From NCBI RefSeq assembly GCF_963921235.1, contig NC_086097.1:55740001-55804000 (forward strand): a DNA stretch of 64,000 bases. Direction: 5' to 3'. The notes beneath the pieces are model-generated. The model did no database searches. It saw only the letters and a program-made list of their open reading frames with translations, and was not told where the DNA came from. Each line of letters begins with the position of its first letter. Position 1 is the first letter of the stretch. This document shows positions 36,968 through 51,132 of this stretch, piece by piece. The stretch comes from Mobula hypostoma. Its lineage: Eukaryota. A program made the position numbers and the translations under genes.

Positions 36968-39900
36968 CTAAGGGAGGGCCTAACGACACAAGACTTGTGT
37001 CTACCGACACAATATATAAAATTGAAGTTAGTATTGGCTTCTGGATCCATACTTCCCATGCAATAAAATTTTCACTAATTTTGAAATTGTTCTACAATTC
37101 AGGGAAACCAGTTGCTGAACTCTAATGACATGACCAGGCAGACAACTTGGTACCATTAACTGCTCCTAAAATGAAACAAAGAAAATGACTGCAAATAAAA
37201 GGACTAAACCTTCTCATTAATGCAAGAAGAATGAACCAAACTCTCACCATCCCCCACGTGGCTGTTGATCTCAGCTTGCTTTACATGGGTTTAACACCAA
37301 CATTGGAGCTTTGTGCTTTCTCATAGAACATGTGTCAAAGCCACGAATGAAGCACTGTTCTGAAATCAAAGCATTTGTTAAATTGCACAAAACAGTGGTA
37401 GAAACTACTGCCAGGAACACCAACACAGTATGTTAATTTAGATGAATTTCACTTAAAGTGTATAAGATTAACTTCCTTACGGAAGTTAATTGGCAAACTG
37501 CGTCACACTGGTCAAACTTGAGGAAGAATTGTTACACTTTCCCAATGTTTACTTCCCTGCTTTGGGTATTTTAATTTATGTAGATGGAAAATGGGATCAT
37601 CAGTTGCCAACTTGTATTCTTTCCTCGCCTCACTTTCTTCCAAATACTGTGCCTGGTGACGGGAAAGAATCAGGCAGAAAAAAAATGGGAAGAGCCCTCT
37701 CAATATCTGGGGGCAACCCCCAATTTCCTTGGACCAGAAATTTAGAGTTTTGTAGTACACCCAGTTTGTATGCTGGAGTAAATGGACTTGACAGAATTTG
37801 ATAAGATGAATCACTTTTTCATTAGTGTAACTGCAGAGTGTAAGCTGGAGCAACCTTTGCTGATGATTTTGAAGGGTTGTTACAAGCAAAGGGGAGGGAG
37901 GTTATTACTTCAAGCTAAGCTACTTGCTATGTGAGGATAAGGTTACAAGGGTAACTAATTTCCTAGCCACGACTTGAAAGCTCTCATGTAAAATGGTGGG
38001 TGTAATAGTTTCCTTTTTAAATGAAATGTCACTCTGCTGTGGAGGTGCCAACTATGAGGGTGGGGCTAACAGACAAAATAAAGGCAGTTCCACGTAACTG
38101 CGACATCACTACAGAGCGAACGAGGAATGATTTTTCTCCTGTGTAGGGAAGTAATGAATTTGCAGCTTTGTTCCTTGTTAATGTTTTCAGGACCCAAACC
38201 AATATCATTCTCCTCTGAGTTTTCAGGAAGTGATTGCACAAAGTACTCATTCCCCCCTTTTCACGGAACTCTTTCATAAAAGAGAAGTTGGAGGACAATT
38301 GGGGCCAGTAAGGTTTTCCACATAGTAACAAAAGCTTGGCTTCAGAAAGGAGGTGCCCTGGGCTTTAAGCAGCTTCTTGTGCATTTTTAGGGAACATCAG
38401 TGCAGGAAATGAAATGTTTCCACAGGAGGAATTAGACTAAGGTTACACATAGACCTTGGACAATAATCGCCTACAAAAAGTATGCATTTCAGGAACAACA
38501 TTTATAATAGGTGGCGCTGAACTGCCCCAGCTGACAGGAGAAAACAACTTTGGTAAAGAAAAAGAATCATGTGTTCTTTAAAGAAAAACAAAATCATAGT
38601 TCTTTTGTTAACCAAAGTTTGTGAACAGTAAAAGGGGTGTATTACCAGAAGCAACTCACAATGAGAGTTTTTCTTGTTTGTACATCTCAGTCTAGGTCAC
38701 TCTTCTTGTAGCTCCTTGAACCAGGCCTATGGCCCATTCCTCTTAAGAAAGAAAATTGAGGCAGGAAGATGATGCTGATTTTGAATCCTATGACAAAAGA
38801 GGATTTTACCCAGAGTAATTAGCAAAGGCTTTTGAAACACAACCATGGTCGGCCAGTGATCAAATGTTCAGTCCCTCTGGACAAATAGTCTTGAACTCCT
38901 ACCAGTATCTTGGATTCGTACAGAATAAGAAAAAAAATTGATGGCTTACAAGTGATGGGCTTTAATGTATAGGATGATAGCTCTATGGCTGGAAATGAAC
39001 TGTGCATGATGAAGTGGAATTCTTTCCCAGTAATGTTTGTAGTGATTTGTGAAATGCTAATGAGACAAGGACCCTATCAATTATGTCCCTTGACCTTGGG
39101 AAAACTGCCTCACAATGAAAGTTACTGTACCTGTTTATTCATTGGACAGACATAGTCCCCAATTTTAAAGCCCACCTACTGAAAACCAGTGAAAACAGGG
39201 ACAATCAACTTCAACCTCCATTCCCTTCAGACAATTAAAATCACAAACACATCCGGCTACCTCACAGATAAATTCAATAAAAGATCTAATTGGTTCACGT
39301 GAAGCCCAGTCTAACTTTAATTAGGTGGATCAAGTCCTCCCACTGAAATCTTGAAGCAATGTGTAATAGCTCTCTGAATCGATGCTGTCCTTTCTGCATT
39401 ATCATCCAAAATCAAAATTAGCCCTTCAGTGTAGTAGCAAATGCTTTGCTTTAAGAAGCATTCCGAAGAAAATGAGGACTGGTTTGTGTTTCTGTGTGAG
39501 TAGTGCAATCCATGATGTTGGTAAAAAAAATACCTTGGAAACTGAGACTTTAATTTAAACCAATCTCTAACATATTTAATAGTAGTAAAGTGAGTTGGAT
39601 TTAATTACTATCACAGCAATTTTAGTTTCTGATGTTAAATCCAAAGGATAAAGATAACAAAAGAGCTGGATCTATTATATATTGCTCTGTGCCATTTTAA
39701 ATTTATACTTTTTTTGTCTATTTTTTTCCCAGTACAGTTGGAAAATGTTTACAAAGGTAAGGAAGTTAATCATGTGAATTTTAAGTGAAATTCATCTCAA
39801 TTAACATACTGTGTTGGTGTCCTTGGCAGTGGTTTCTGCAGTTTAACAAATGCTTTAATTCAGATCAGTACTTCATTCGTCCCTTTGACATATGTTCTCT

Positions 39901-42900
39901 GAAAAAGCCCAAAGCTGTCCAACATTAGTGTTAAATCCATGTTAAGCAAGCTTAGAGAAACAGCCACGTGGGGGATGGTAAGAGGTTGGGTCATTCTTTT
40001 TGTTCTCTCCCACAGTATTTCACTTTATGTGGATGTTACTCTAACAAGACTTCAGGGTACTTATTTTGCAAAGAGTTATTATGGAAACTTTTTAGAAAGG
40101 AAACAAATTGCTGGAAGTTGCTTGAAATATTATGGAGTAAACATGTTGTCTGCAGTAGTGAGATGCCAATATGTTCTATAAATACCTGAGATGCTTTGGT
40201 GGGAATTTCAGAAAAGGAAAATAATCCAGTTTAGTTTTTCCTTTGAGTGGAGATTATTGCAGTAATCCATCTGGTTTTGCATAGTTGTGAATATCAAGTC
40301 ATTTCTATTCTTACTATTTCCATTTTTCTATGCAAAATGGCATAATAAGTAATAACGATTTCCAAACTGACATTGCTTCCGTGAATTTATATTCTGCTGT
40401 CTGCATTGGTTTGAGCATTTGGGAGTAAGTGTAAACGAAAAGACCTGGCATGGATAATCACAGAACAAGAAAAGCGAATTCTGATATTTTCTCAACTTGT
40501 GGGAATATAAATCACATGACTGGCTTCCTTTCTAATAACTGGTAATATTCCTACTGTTGTTTACTTACATTTGTGATTTTCTTTCAAAAACAAGAATATC
40601 CTGCAATTTGCAGTCACCTCAAATTAGGTGTAGTTTCTCTTTTTACTCAATGCTTAGTGCACAATTTTATGTCACACTCTGAATTGTTCGTGAAAAATAT
40701 AATAGACCATTCAGACAATGGTGCTTTCAATTATTTTATTATGACATTTAATTAATGGCAACCTGTTTTAATGAATAAAGTCACTCAGAGTCCTTCAGGG
40801 CTTCCTAAATAGTGACCAAAAGCAGCAGGGATTTTTTTTAGTTGTATGCTCCCAATCTTCAAGTGCTGTTTAGAAATGCTCACTAATGAAGAGGGAGGAG
40901 CAGAACCTTGTCTACATTCAAAGATCACTGGTGAGTCATTCACCAGAAAAGGACCCCTTACTAGGAATAGTCACAGTTCCGTGGCATTGTACTAGCAAAA
41001 GGTCCTGATCAAAGGTCTCCCGCAGAGCTTGCATGGTTTCCTTTCATAGTACAACCATAATTAAAACTACTAACTCTCTTTTAAACTGCTGCAGGATGCC
41101 ATGTAGGCATCTGTCTGGAGTGTCCTTTGTGATGTCATCAGCTGTCAAGGGCCAGTGCAAGAGGGCTTTGAGAAAAATGCCAGTCATGAAGGTGCTTGTA
41201 GACAAGGGTCCTGCTACTGCTTGACAAGAGCCTTGACTGTGTAATTCTTGCTGAATTCACCCCTTGCTATTGCGCTGTCAGCTGCCAGTAAATAAAACTC
41301 AAAGAGGCGAGCTGAAGTTTTATTACCTGATCCAAGAGGTTTTGTTGGTTTTGGCATCACACAGGGGAAGCTCTTGCTCCTCTATTGTTTGCATTAGAAG
41401 ATGTCCATTGGAGCCTGCAGGGTCTGGACAGAGTTCAGAGCGGGAGCTTTTGAAGAGTGTCAATAGTTGTAACAGTTCAGCTGTTAGGAAGGAGAATAAA
41501 TGGAGAAGCTTGTTAATCCTCCTTTGGCTCTTCTACTGCCTTTTGCCCTTTTATCACAGCCCTATTAGGCTCGTACTCATCTCAGACTATAAAAAAACAT
41601 GAATTGTTGTTGTTAAGTACTAATTGGGGAAGGCCATAAATCATTAAGTTCAGGAACTTTCTCTGACTGGAAGTCAACACTCCACAGGAATCAGGTGAAG
41701 GCTGGAGCCTTCTCAGAAACGATGGGACATTTGTGTTTAATACTGTAAAAAGAAATGCCAATTAAAGTACAGTGGAGATTATAAAACACCACTGCTATCT
41801 CAGATTATCATATGTGAATATTGTTAGAATGATAGACTAGGTAAACATTAGTACCTTTCTTAATTGACATTTAAAGAAAGCGTAGAATCATACTCATTTA
41901 CATATAACATATTTAGTGTGACCCAATTTTTTTTTGAACCAAGCACTAACCAATTGCTGGCAACATGACTGGATTTAGAAATGTTGCTAACATTAAAGAA
42001 ATTCTATTGCTGTACACGAAACTGGATCTGCAACTTTTTTTTCTATTCTGTATTAATAGCAGGCATGAGATTAAGTGATAATGGAAGTTATAATTTGTCC
42101 CACAAATAGGTATACAGCAGATTAAGGATAGTCAGTCAAAAGATGCAAGATTACTATCACTCCTGTAATTCCTGTCTCAGTACAGCATTAAATCTTTGGT
42201 AGCAACAGTGCCATGTTATGGCTGAGCAAATTTCATTGAAATTTATCATATCAAAGAGCACCTTAATGTGTTGTATAGTCATTTTCAGCCCCTTGATTTG
42301 ATAAATGCTGCATTTAAAGAAAAGCTAGACCCAAAGATAATGAGCACAAAACCACCATCCTTACCCAGTCAGGTCCATATGCAGTTAATCTTCAGGGCAA
42401 CCCCATGTCAGGTCAGTTAGGGATGGGTATTTAATGCTGGCATTGCAGCACCGCTAATAAAATGAGATTTGCTGGTTCAGGCTTGATTAACTGATTTTAC
42501 CGTTTGAAAAAAAAACACAAAGGCAGAAGATGGATGTGAAGCCATTTGTTTGTCTGGTGAGCAACATGAATTTTCATGGAATTTTCACAATAGCCATTCT
42601 AAAGTTTTCCCCAAAAATTGTAAGATAGTTGACAACAAACATAATAATTGCTTAAACATATATTATCACAAAAACACTAATTATGTTCTATTTTAACAGA
42701 AAATGTTCTATGCACTGCATTAATTTTTAAATTTTCTTTTATGTGGCTAATTTTGGACTTTCCATGGCCTTTGTTTATAAGATGAAGCTCAGCGAGCTTA
42801 TTTGAAGACTAATTGACAAGTTTGGGAATGTTCCAGTTTCAGACTGTGGGTTTGTTTTAAGGTACTTCTTGCCTCTGGAAAAGCAGGCAAAACATTCTTT

Positions 42901-44029
42901 TTACAGGATACACATAAATATTGTGAACAGCAAATCAATCTTCATCTATCATTTACATTTTGATATTTATATTTAAAATGTTTGTGATTATTACTCTTGA
43001 AGCTCCTCACAATTATGTAGAAGAATAAAATTCAAACACCACTTATAAAACAATGAGTATTTTAATTTTTCTTTAAACACCTAACCTAAATTCTCCTTGG
43101 ATTTTAGCTTCTGACAATTGAGTAACCCACTAATATTCAGTGTCAAAGGTGGCAAATGAACAATGCCTACTTGTTTGAGATATCAAAGGGTAAAGGAAAA
43201 ACAGCATTCTAAACAGTTGTGAGAAGAAGCAACATAACTATCAAAAAATATTTTCAACATAAAACTCAAAAGGTGGTGAATAAATGAGACAAAATCTATT
43301 TGACTGCTACTTGAATTTAAGAATGTCCGTTTACATAAATTAAGTAACATTAATTTACATAATACATTCAGAAAGCCCTGAAATGTTTTCCAGCCAGCTA
43401 GTATCTCTGCAGTGTGTGACAAGACAGAGCCTGAGCAGTTCTTGTCAGTGGCCATTTCCATGCATACATTGAACAGCAGTCATAGCTTATGCGTCAGCAA
43501 TGAGAATTTGGTCCTATTCTCCCTCTTGTGGGCCGTGATCTAGTTGCAGATTTGTCTCCCCTGCAGATCTTTGCAGAATGGTTTATTCAGAACAGATGAA
43601 ATACACTAGATCTGTATAATTATATGGTGCATCATTGTTTAATGACAATCTATTTTTAAAAACAGAGTGGATTGCTTGCAGCAGGACAGAAATTGAACTT
43701 CAGCCAATGTGCCATGCAACATGGGCAGAACGTTATCTTCTGTGGTTCTCTTTAAAGTTCTGCTACATCTGTCAAGGGCCTTCATTTGGCCTGTTAACTG
43801 AATTTTAGATTTGATTGTGAATTTGAATAGAATGTTAACTACTTTTACATATCTTGAGAGGGTCTTGTAATATTTATCTTTTGGTCATTGGCAACATACA
43901 CGAAAAGGCTTAATACAGTGCCTCAATAGGTAATGGAGGCACGAGATTTAAGAAATCTTTAGATGAAGACTTGAAGCACCATGCCAGAGGAAGCTTTGAA
44001 CCGAGTGTTGGAAAATAGAATTAGTATTC

Positions 44030-46618
44030 ATTCAGAGTCTTCCCCAACCAGAAGCCCTGGATAAACCTTGAGATCAGCAACCTGCTGAGGACCAGATCAG
44101 AGGCATCCAAGGCTAGTGATTAAGAAAGTTACAAAAGGTCAGGTACAATCTCTGGAAAGCCATCTCATGGACGAATTGGCAATCTTGAACTAAACTTGAA
44201 TCAATGAAGAATGCTCGACGGTTGTGACAGGGCTTGAATGCTATCACTTCTTATAAAATTAAATCAAGCAACATGGGGGACAGCAGGGCTTTGCTTCCAG
44301 ATGAGCTCAATGCCTTCTGTGCTTGCTCTGACTGTCGAAATTTGGAGGAACCAAGGAACTTGGAGGGACCATCAAAAGCTCCCACAGTTCCTGGTGATCC
44401 TGTGCTTTCACTCCCTGAGGCTGACGTGAGTGGCCTTCGGAAAGGTGAACCTATGAAAAGCATCCAGCCCAGGGCAGGTACCTGGCCAAGTACTAAAGAG
44501 CTGTGCTGATCATCTGGCTGGAGTATTCACTGATATCTTTTACCTCTCACTTTGACAGTCTGAAGTACCCACCCACTTCAACCAGGCTTCAAATGCGCTG
44601 GTGCTGAAGAAGAACGTGGTAACTTGTCTCAAAGACTATCGCTCGGTAGCACCTACATCCACAATGTTGAAATGTTTTGAGAGGTTGTTGATGAAACATA
44701 TCAACTCCTGCTTGAGAAGTGACTTGGATCCACTGCAATTCACCTACCAGAGCAACAGGTCCACGGCTAGTGCCATTTCATTGGCTCTTCACTCAGCTCT
44801 GGAACACCTGGGCAGTAAAGGTGTGCACATCAGGATGCTCCTTATCAGCTACAGCTCGGCACTCAATACTATTATCCCCTCAAAACTAATCAATAGGCTT
44901 CAAGACCTTGGCCTCAATACCTGCTTGTGCAATTGGATCCTCGATTTCCTCATTTACAGACCCCAGTCAGTTTGGATTGGCAACAACATCTCCTCTACAA
45001 TCTCCATCAGTGCAAGTGCATCACAAAGCTGTGTGCTTACGCCCTTGCTCTACTCTCTTTATACTGATGATTGTGCGGCTAAACAGAGCTCCGGTGCCAT
45101 ATTGAAGTTTGATGATGATGCCACCGTGGAGGCGAATCAGCATATAGGAGGAAGACTGAAAATCTGCAGAGTGGTGCCATAACAGCAACCTCTTACTCAA
45201 TGTCAGCAAGACCAAAAACCTGATTATTGACTTCAGGAGAAGGAAACCGGAGGTCCATGAGCCAGTCCTCATCGGAGGAGCAGAGGTGGAGAGGGTCACC
45301 AACTTTAAATTCTTCAGAATTATTATTTTGGACAAACTTTCCTGGGCCCACCACATAAGTACAATATGAAGAAAGCATGGCAGCGCCTCTACTTCCTTAG
45401 GAGTTTGTGCAGATTCAACATGTTATCTAAAGTTTTGACAAACTTCCACACATGAATGGTGGAGAACATATTGTCTGGCTCCATCACAGCTTGATATGGA
45501 AAAACCAAAGATCCAAAGGTTCAAAAGTTCATTTTAATATCAAAATATTTACGCAGAATACAACTTTGGTATTTGTCTTCTCCAGATAGCCATGAAATAC
45601 AGAAAAACCATGGAAGTCATTGAAAGACAAGACATCGACCCTCCCCCCTCCAAATGTCAGCATCGAGGAACGAGACAGCTCGAAATCATTCCTGCCATTG
45701 AGAGCAACCACCAACCCAGTCTTCTCCGCATTCGCCTCATTGTTTCAATCTACCTCGACGCTTCAATCAGTGAAACATGGAGTCGACCATGGTCCCACTC
45801 CCCATCTCTAGTCTTCTGCTTGACGCAGCTCGTGCTTACGGTCCTCCCCTGGAGTTTTCTTGGGGATAGCAGAACACTCAGTTGAACTCCAAACTGTAAG
45901 TCACAGGCTCCTAGAGCTTCTGAAACACAATTAAAATAAAAAGAATAAGTATAAGGCGTAGAAAAAGTGAAATAATTTAAATAATTGACTATCTGAAAGA
46001 TGTCACCCAAGGAATCGTTGTTTGCTGGCACCACCTTCACTGGAAAATCCTACAAAAAGTAGTGGATATAGCCCAATCCATCCATGGTAAAGCTCTCCCC
46101 ACCACTGAGTACATCTACATGAAGTGTTGTCACAGGAAAGAAGCATCCATTATCAGGGACCTCTACCTCCCAGGGCAAGCTCTCTTCTCACTGTTGCCAT
46201 CAGGAAGAAGGTATAGAAGCTTCAGGACTCACACTACCAGGGTTAGGAATAGTTATTACCCTTCAACTATCAGGCTCTTAAAGTAAATGGGAAAACTTCA
46301 CTCAACTCCACTTGCCCAATCACTGAAATGGTCTCACAACCTATGTGTTCACTTTCAAGGTCTCTTCATCTCTTGTTCTCAGTATTTATTGTTTATTTAC
46401 GTTTTATTATCATTTCTTTCTCTTTGTACTCGCACAGTTTGTTGTCTTTTGCACACTGATTGATCACCCGTGTCATTGTGGTCTTTCATTGATTCTATTA
46501 TGGTTATTATTCTATTCTGGATTTACTGAGTATGCCCAGAAGAAGATGAATCTCAGGGTTGTATATGGTGACATGTATGTACTTTGATAATAAATTTACT
46601 TTAAATTTTGAAATTTTG
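44030..46618 (+). mobile_element. Decayed Rex1/Babar-like LINE ORF2, interrupted at ~45510-46040
   Basis: FPNQKPWI at ~44040; ORF 44601-45182 CLKDYRSVAPTSTMLKCFERL..LDPLQFTY..CNWILDFL..LYSLYTDDC..KFDDD; resumes at 46045 with TTRVRNSYYPSTIRLL and an AATAAA + (TTTGAA)-like tail. Confidence 0.9.
45510..46040 (-). mobile_element. Non-autonomous Rex1-tail retroposon nested in the Rex1-like copy
   Basis: Starts with the reversed tail caaaggttcaaaagttcattttaat; a similar fragment lies at 49715-49925; host frame is interrupted here. Confidence 0.6.
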
Positions 46619-46939
46619 ATGGCCAGAACCGGTACAGTGGTCAGAAAAGCCCATGAGAAGGCAGACAAATCTGCTTTTTCTATATCCATCAAACCGTTCT
46701 TGATTTCCCTCCATTTCTGTTTCATTGAAATAGATTTGCTTATCACTGCACTGAGCTTCTCTCTCCTAGTCCTCCCAATGGATTACATACTGTGCCATTC
46801 TTCAGAAATAGAAGAGTGTGGCATGGGTCTTACAAAGATTGAAGGTAAAACCACCTATGAATTTGGAGTCATTAGGTCCAGACCTTATAGGTGAGTTACT
46901 TTAAAAGGGGGATGTTTCAAGAACATTTACATAGAAAAT

Positions 46940-48610
46940 TTGTGGTGTTGTTGATAGTGATAAGGATAGTTTGGGACTATGGGAAAACTATGGGACTATT
47001 GGTAAACTGGATGGAGTAACGACAGATAAAATTTAATTCTGGTACATGCAAGGTGATGCACCTTCAGAAGATGAATAAGGGTTTGACGTAAGATGAATCG
47101 GAGGGCTCTCCAGAGTATTGAGCAACAGAGGAGCGGGATCATGATGTACAAGTCCAAGGGCCCTTGAAGGAGCAGATGAGATGGTAAAAAAGGCAAATGG
47201 GATTCTTGTTTTCATTAACTGGCACATAGAATGCAAGAGTTTGGAGGTTATAGTGCAGATTCATAAAACATTTATGAGTACTGTTTCTAATTCCAGTCAA
47301 CACACTATGGGAAAGATGTGATTGCACTGGAGAGAGTGCAGGGAAAAATCACCAGCTTGTTGCTTGGAATGGAATGCTTCAGTTATGAAAATAAATTGGA
47401 TGGGCGAGGTTTGTTTCTGTTGCAAAGTAGGAGAGCCTTTTCATAATCCAAAATTATGAGGCCATAGACATGGTAGTTGTTAGCAAACATTCTCCCAGAA
47501 CAGAGCTGCTAGAGAGCAAAGGTTTAGCATAAGGTGTGAGAAATTCAGATAAAGATTTTGTTAAGGTTAAAATCTGGATCACATCACCTTAGTGGTTGGT
47601 CGTGTATCTGGACACGAGTGTAAATCTGTGTTGGTAAATGGGATTTATGAGAATGGGTAATTCCGGGGTTGGCACGGATCAGTGATCTGAAGGACCCGTG
47701 TTTGTGCTGTATGAATCTCTGACCAAATGAGTGTAAATACTTGTTACTTATGAAAGCAGTTTTACACATGCAAGGCTCAGTGAGCCGCCCATATTTTATT
47801 CATGGTGCCCCTGCTTTACAAGGTTACAGTGCATGAGAGGCAGAGACCAGTGAACCACAGGATGTGTCCTGTAAGTTTAGCAGGTACAGAGGTCATTGCG
47901 GAATGAGCAAAGAAATGGATTATGGCCCAGGGAGAGTTTCCTGAGGAGGATTCATATTAAATATTAATTAATCTGGTCTTCCATTTAAAGTAAAAGTCTG
48001 CACATGCATGAGAGGTCCACGTGCAACTGAATTTCTCAGAAGTTACAACTGTACAAGACATTGGAGAGACCACACTTGGAATATTGTGATCAGTTCTGCT
48101 GGCTGGCTGTTGCAAAGGTGTCATGAAGCTGGAAAAGGTGCAGAAAAGATTCATGATAATGACACTGGGACTGGAGGGCTTGAGTGGTAAGCAGAGGCTC
48201 ACTAGGCTGGGACTTTTTTCCTGTAGTGTAGGAGGCTGAAACGTGACATTATTGAGGTACAGGTACTGTATATAGAATCATGAGGGGAACAATGAGGTGG
48301 ATGGTGACTGTCCATTTCCCAGGACAGTGGAGTCTAAAGCCAGAGGGCAAAGATTTAAGTTGAGAGGGGTAATATTTTGATGGGACCTGCAGGGGCAACT
48401 TTTTCACATAGAGCATGGTCTGTGTATGGAACAAGCTGTCAGGTACAACTACAATATTCAAAATATATTTGAACAGAAACATGAATAGAAAAGGACTAAA
48501 GGGATATGGGTCAAACACCGGTCAATAGGATTTGCTCAGACCGACATCTTGGTCAGCATGGATGAGTTGGGCAGAAGGGCCTGTTTCTGTCCTGTGCAAT
48601 CCTATGACGG
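46940..48610 (+). mobile_element. Two decayed CR1 3' fragments (~46940-47720 and ~48040-48610)
   Basis: CR1 C-terminal remnants (RPHLEYCDQF, CKVMH, KANGIL) and gggcctgtttctgt..tgc..ctatga-type 3' UTRs. Confidence 0.75.
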
Positions 48611-50854
48611 TAGACTATAAGTAATGTATAAATGTTCAATGTACATTTTTGGATTGCACCAGGCATATCCTGTCACCTCTATGTTGTACGCAAAAGACAC
48701 AATTTTGCAAGCTACAGAAGCAATATGCTGGTCATATATCTGTCTTCCACTAAAATTCTGCTGTGGTACACAATCAGCTTTGTTGATCATTACCTTTGTC
48801 CTCCTTCAATGCAATAAGAGTTCAAGAAGGGTGAAACAAGTGTAAATTGTGACTCAGCACCCGGTCATATGCAGTAACTTCTGGGACTGTGATATGCAAT
48901 CATCCTTGGATTATGATGTAGCTCTCAGAAATGTGCTCCTTAGGACAAATCAGTGGGTGATTCTTGGTTCACAAAAGCACAGACTGCAACTCTGATGTCA
49001 GCATTAAAGCAAAACACTTCCAGCAGCATCTTTCAGTTTGTCTTACATTGCTCATTGTGTAATGAAAACACGTCACGGGATTTTGGATGGCAACGTTGTT
49101 GCTGCAGATTTTGCTGGGTGGTAATGAGCTCCCCACAGCTTTGGCAAACACAGACGGCCTCAGACTGAGTCAGGAGCTGCAATGCAAGTATTAAGGGGCA
49201 GAAAGGCTCTCACCTCAGAACATAAACATAAAATCACCAGCAGTCTGATCTTATACCAGAAACTTGTCAAAAAGCAACCAGTGAGCTTGGGATTAAAGAT
49301 GAGGAAAGTTTTTGAACCAGACATTTTAAACAGAATAATACAATTCGGAGTATCAAGGAAGATTAGCAGCTTGAAGAAGTACAAAAATGTCAATGAACAT
49401 TTCAAAGTGTAACTGAAAGGGTGAAACTAATCACAGTGAGTTAGAGAAAATGCTGCCAGCATTCAAGGAACTGCTTGAGGAATTAAACAATTATCAGAAT
49501 CTGTTTGAGTTCTGTGATAAGAATTCTAGGTATAAGATATTAACATTGAATATACAGTGTATTGCTGTTTCATTAGCGATAGACTAGCTGAAATAAATGA
49601 ATGCCATTTAGGGACCCTGTAAAAGGAACAATTAAGAACATACAGAAAATTTTTAAGAATATGAGGGATAAAAGTTATTATAGCCTCATATTCAAATCAT
49701 AATAGATTAAATAAATTCAAAGTACATGAATTATGGAAGTGTGTATATAGAATACGAATCTGAGATTTGTCCTCCCACAGCAGCCACAAAATGAAGAAAC
49801 ACCATGGGGCCTGTTCAAGAAAACATCAAACACCCAACTTCCAAAAAAAGAACAAAATTGTGCAAACAGTAAAAAGCAAGCGAACAACACATAGAATATC
49901 AAACATCAAACCAAGAGTCCAGTAGTATCCGGTATTCCATATTTATTCAGAAAACTGTGACCAAGGTAGCACAGGTAGAAATGGTAACACAGATGAGATG
50001 TTTGGAAATTAGATTGGAGAACTAATCCCTGGTGGCATTGTAGAAATTTCTGCTTGGAAACGCACTGATTATAGAATGAGAATAATCCAGAGAATTTACT
50101 CGAGTTCTGGCCAATGGCGAGCCTTTATCGACTGCATGACAACAGTAGCTCTAAAACCACTTCACTAATTTTGGACTATTGTGAGGGAAACAAAGAAGAT
50201 TCTCTATGATCTAGGGTCTTCCTGTAATCATTTAAAATGAAGAAATAAAGGACGTGATGGAAAACCAATGGATTGGTGCCACGCAAACCCTTCCGACTTC
50301 ATGAATGGCAAAATGGCAGTGCAAGACCCTGAGATGTGAATGAGAAAAATTTGAACCTCCACCATGCAAAATCCATTAGTCTCCTACCTTTAACTTCTTC
50401 TCCTACAAAGACAGTGATATTGCAACTGTAGCATTTAACAGAAGTTATCATTCCTAAACTCAGTGAAAACAGCATTAATGTCTCCACAGCAGTACAAAAT
50501 GCACACCGAAAGCTAGCCTCAAAGACCCACTTCCCTAACTACTTATCCCTTGACTCCTATAATATGAAAAATCTGTCTTTAACTCAGTGACTGAGTTTCC
50601 GAGTGACTGAGTTGCAGTTCTGAGTGAAGAAGGTTATATTCACCTCTGTCGTGAATGAGTGACTGACACTTGGTGCTGGGCATTCCACCAAGGGAAACGG
50701 GTGAATGACGGTACTGGAGAGGGAACAAAGAATGCTGCCACTGTGAGATGCCCTGCACAGCAGTCACTGGAAATTTGGGATGAAAGCGAACGTTGCAATT
50801 CTTTAGGAGTTTAGGAAGCGGAAGCATCAATGGTGACTGAAAATCTAAGTGGTT

Positions 50855-51132
50855 TGGGGCACCACGGTAGCTTAGTGGTTGGCGCGACCCTATTACAACT
50901 TGTGGCGTCGGAGTCCTGGGCTCAGTTCCAGCGCCATCCGTACGCTGCGTGGGTTTTCTCCAGGTGCTCTGGTTTCCTCCACAACTCTGAAGATGTACTG
51001 GGTAACTGGTCGTTGTAAATTGACCTGTGATTAGGTTAGGGTTAAATTTGGGTTGTCAGGGCTTGCTTGGGCGACACAGCTTGAACGGCCAGAAGAGCTT
51101 ATTCTGCGTTGTATCGCTAATTAAATAAATAG
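50855..51132 (+). mobile_element. tRNA-derived V-SINE-like element
   Basis: Box A ggtagcttagtgg, degenerate box B, gcgtgggttttctccaggtgctctggtttcctcc core, (TAAA)n tail. Confidence 0.75.
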
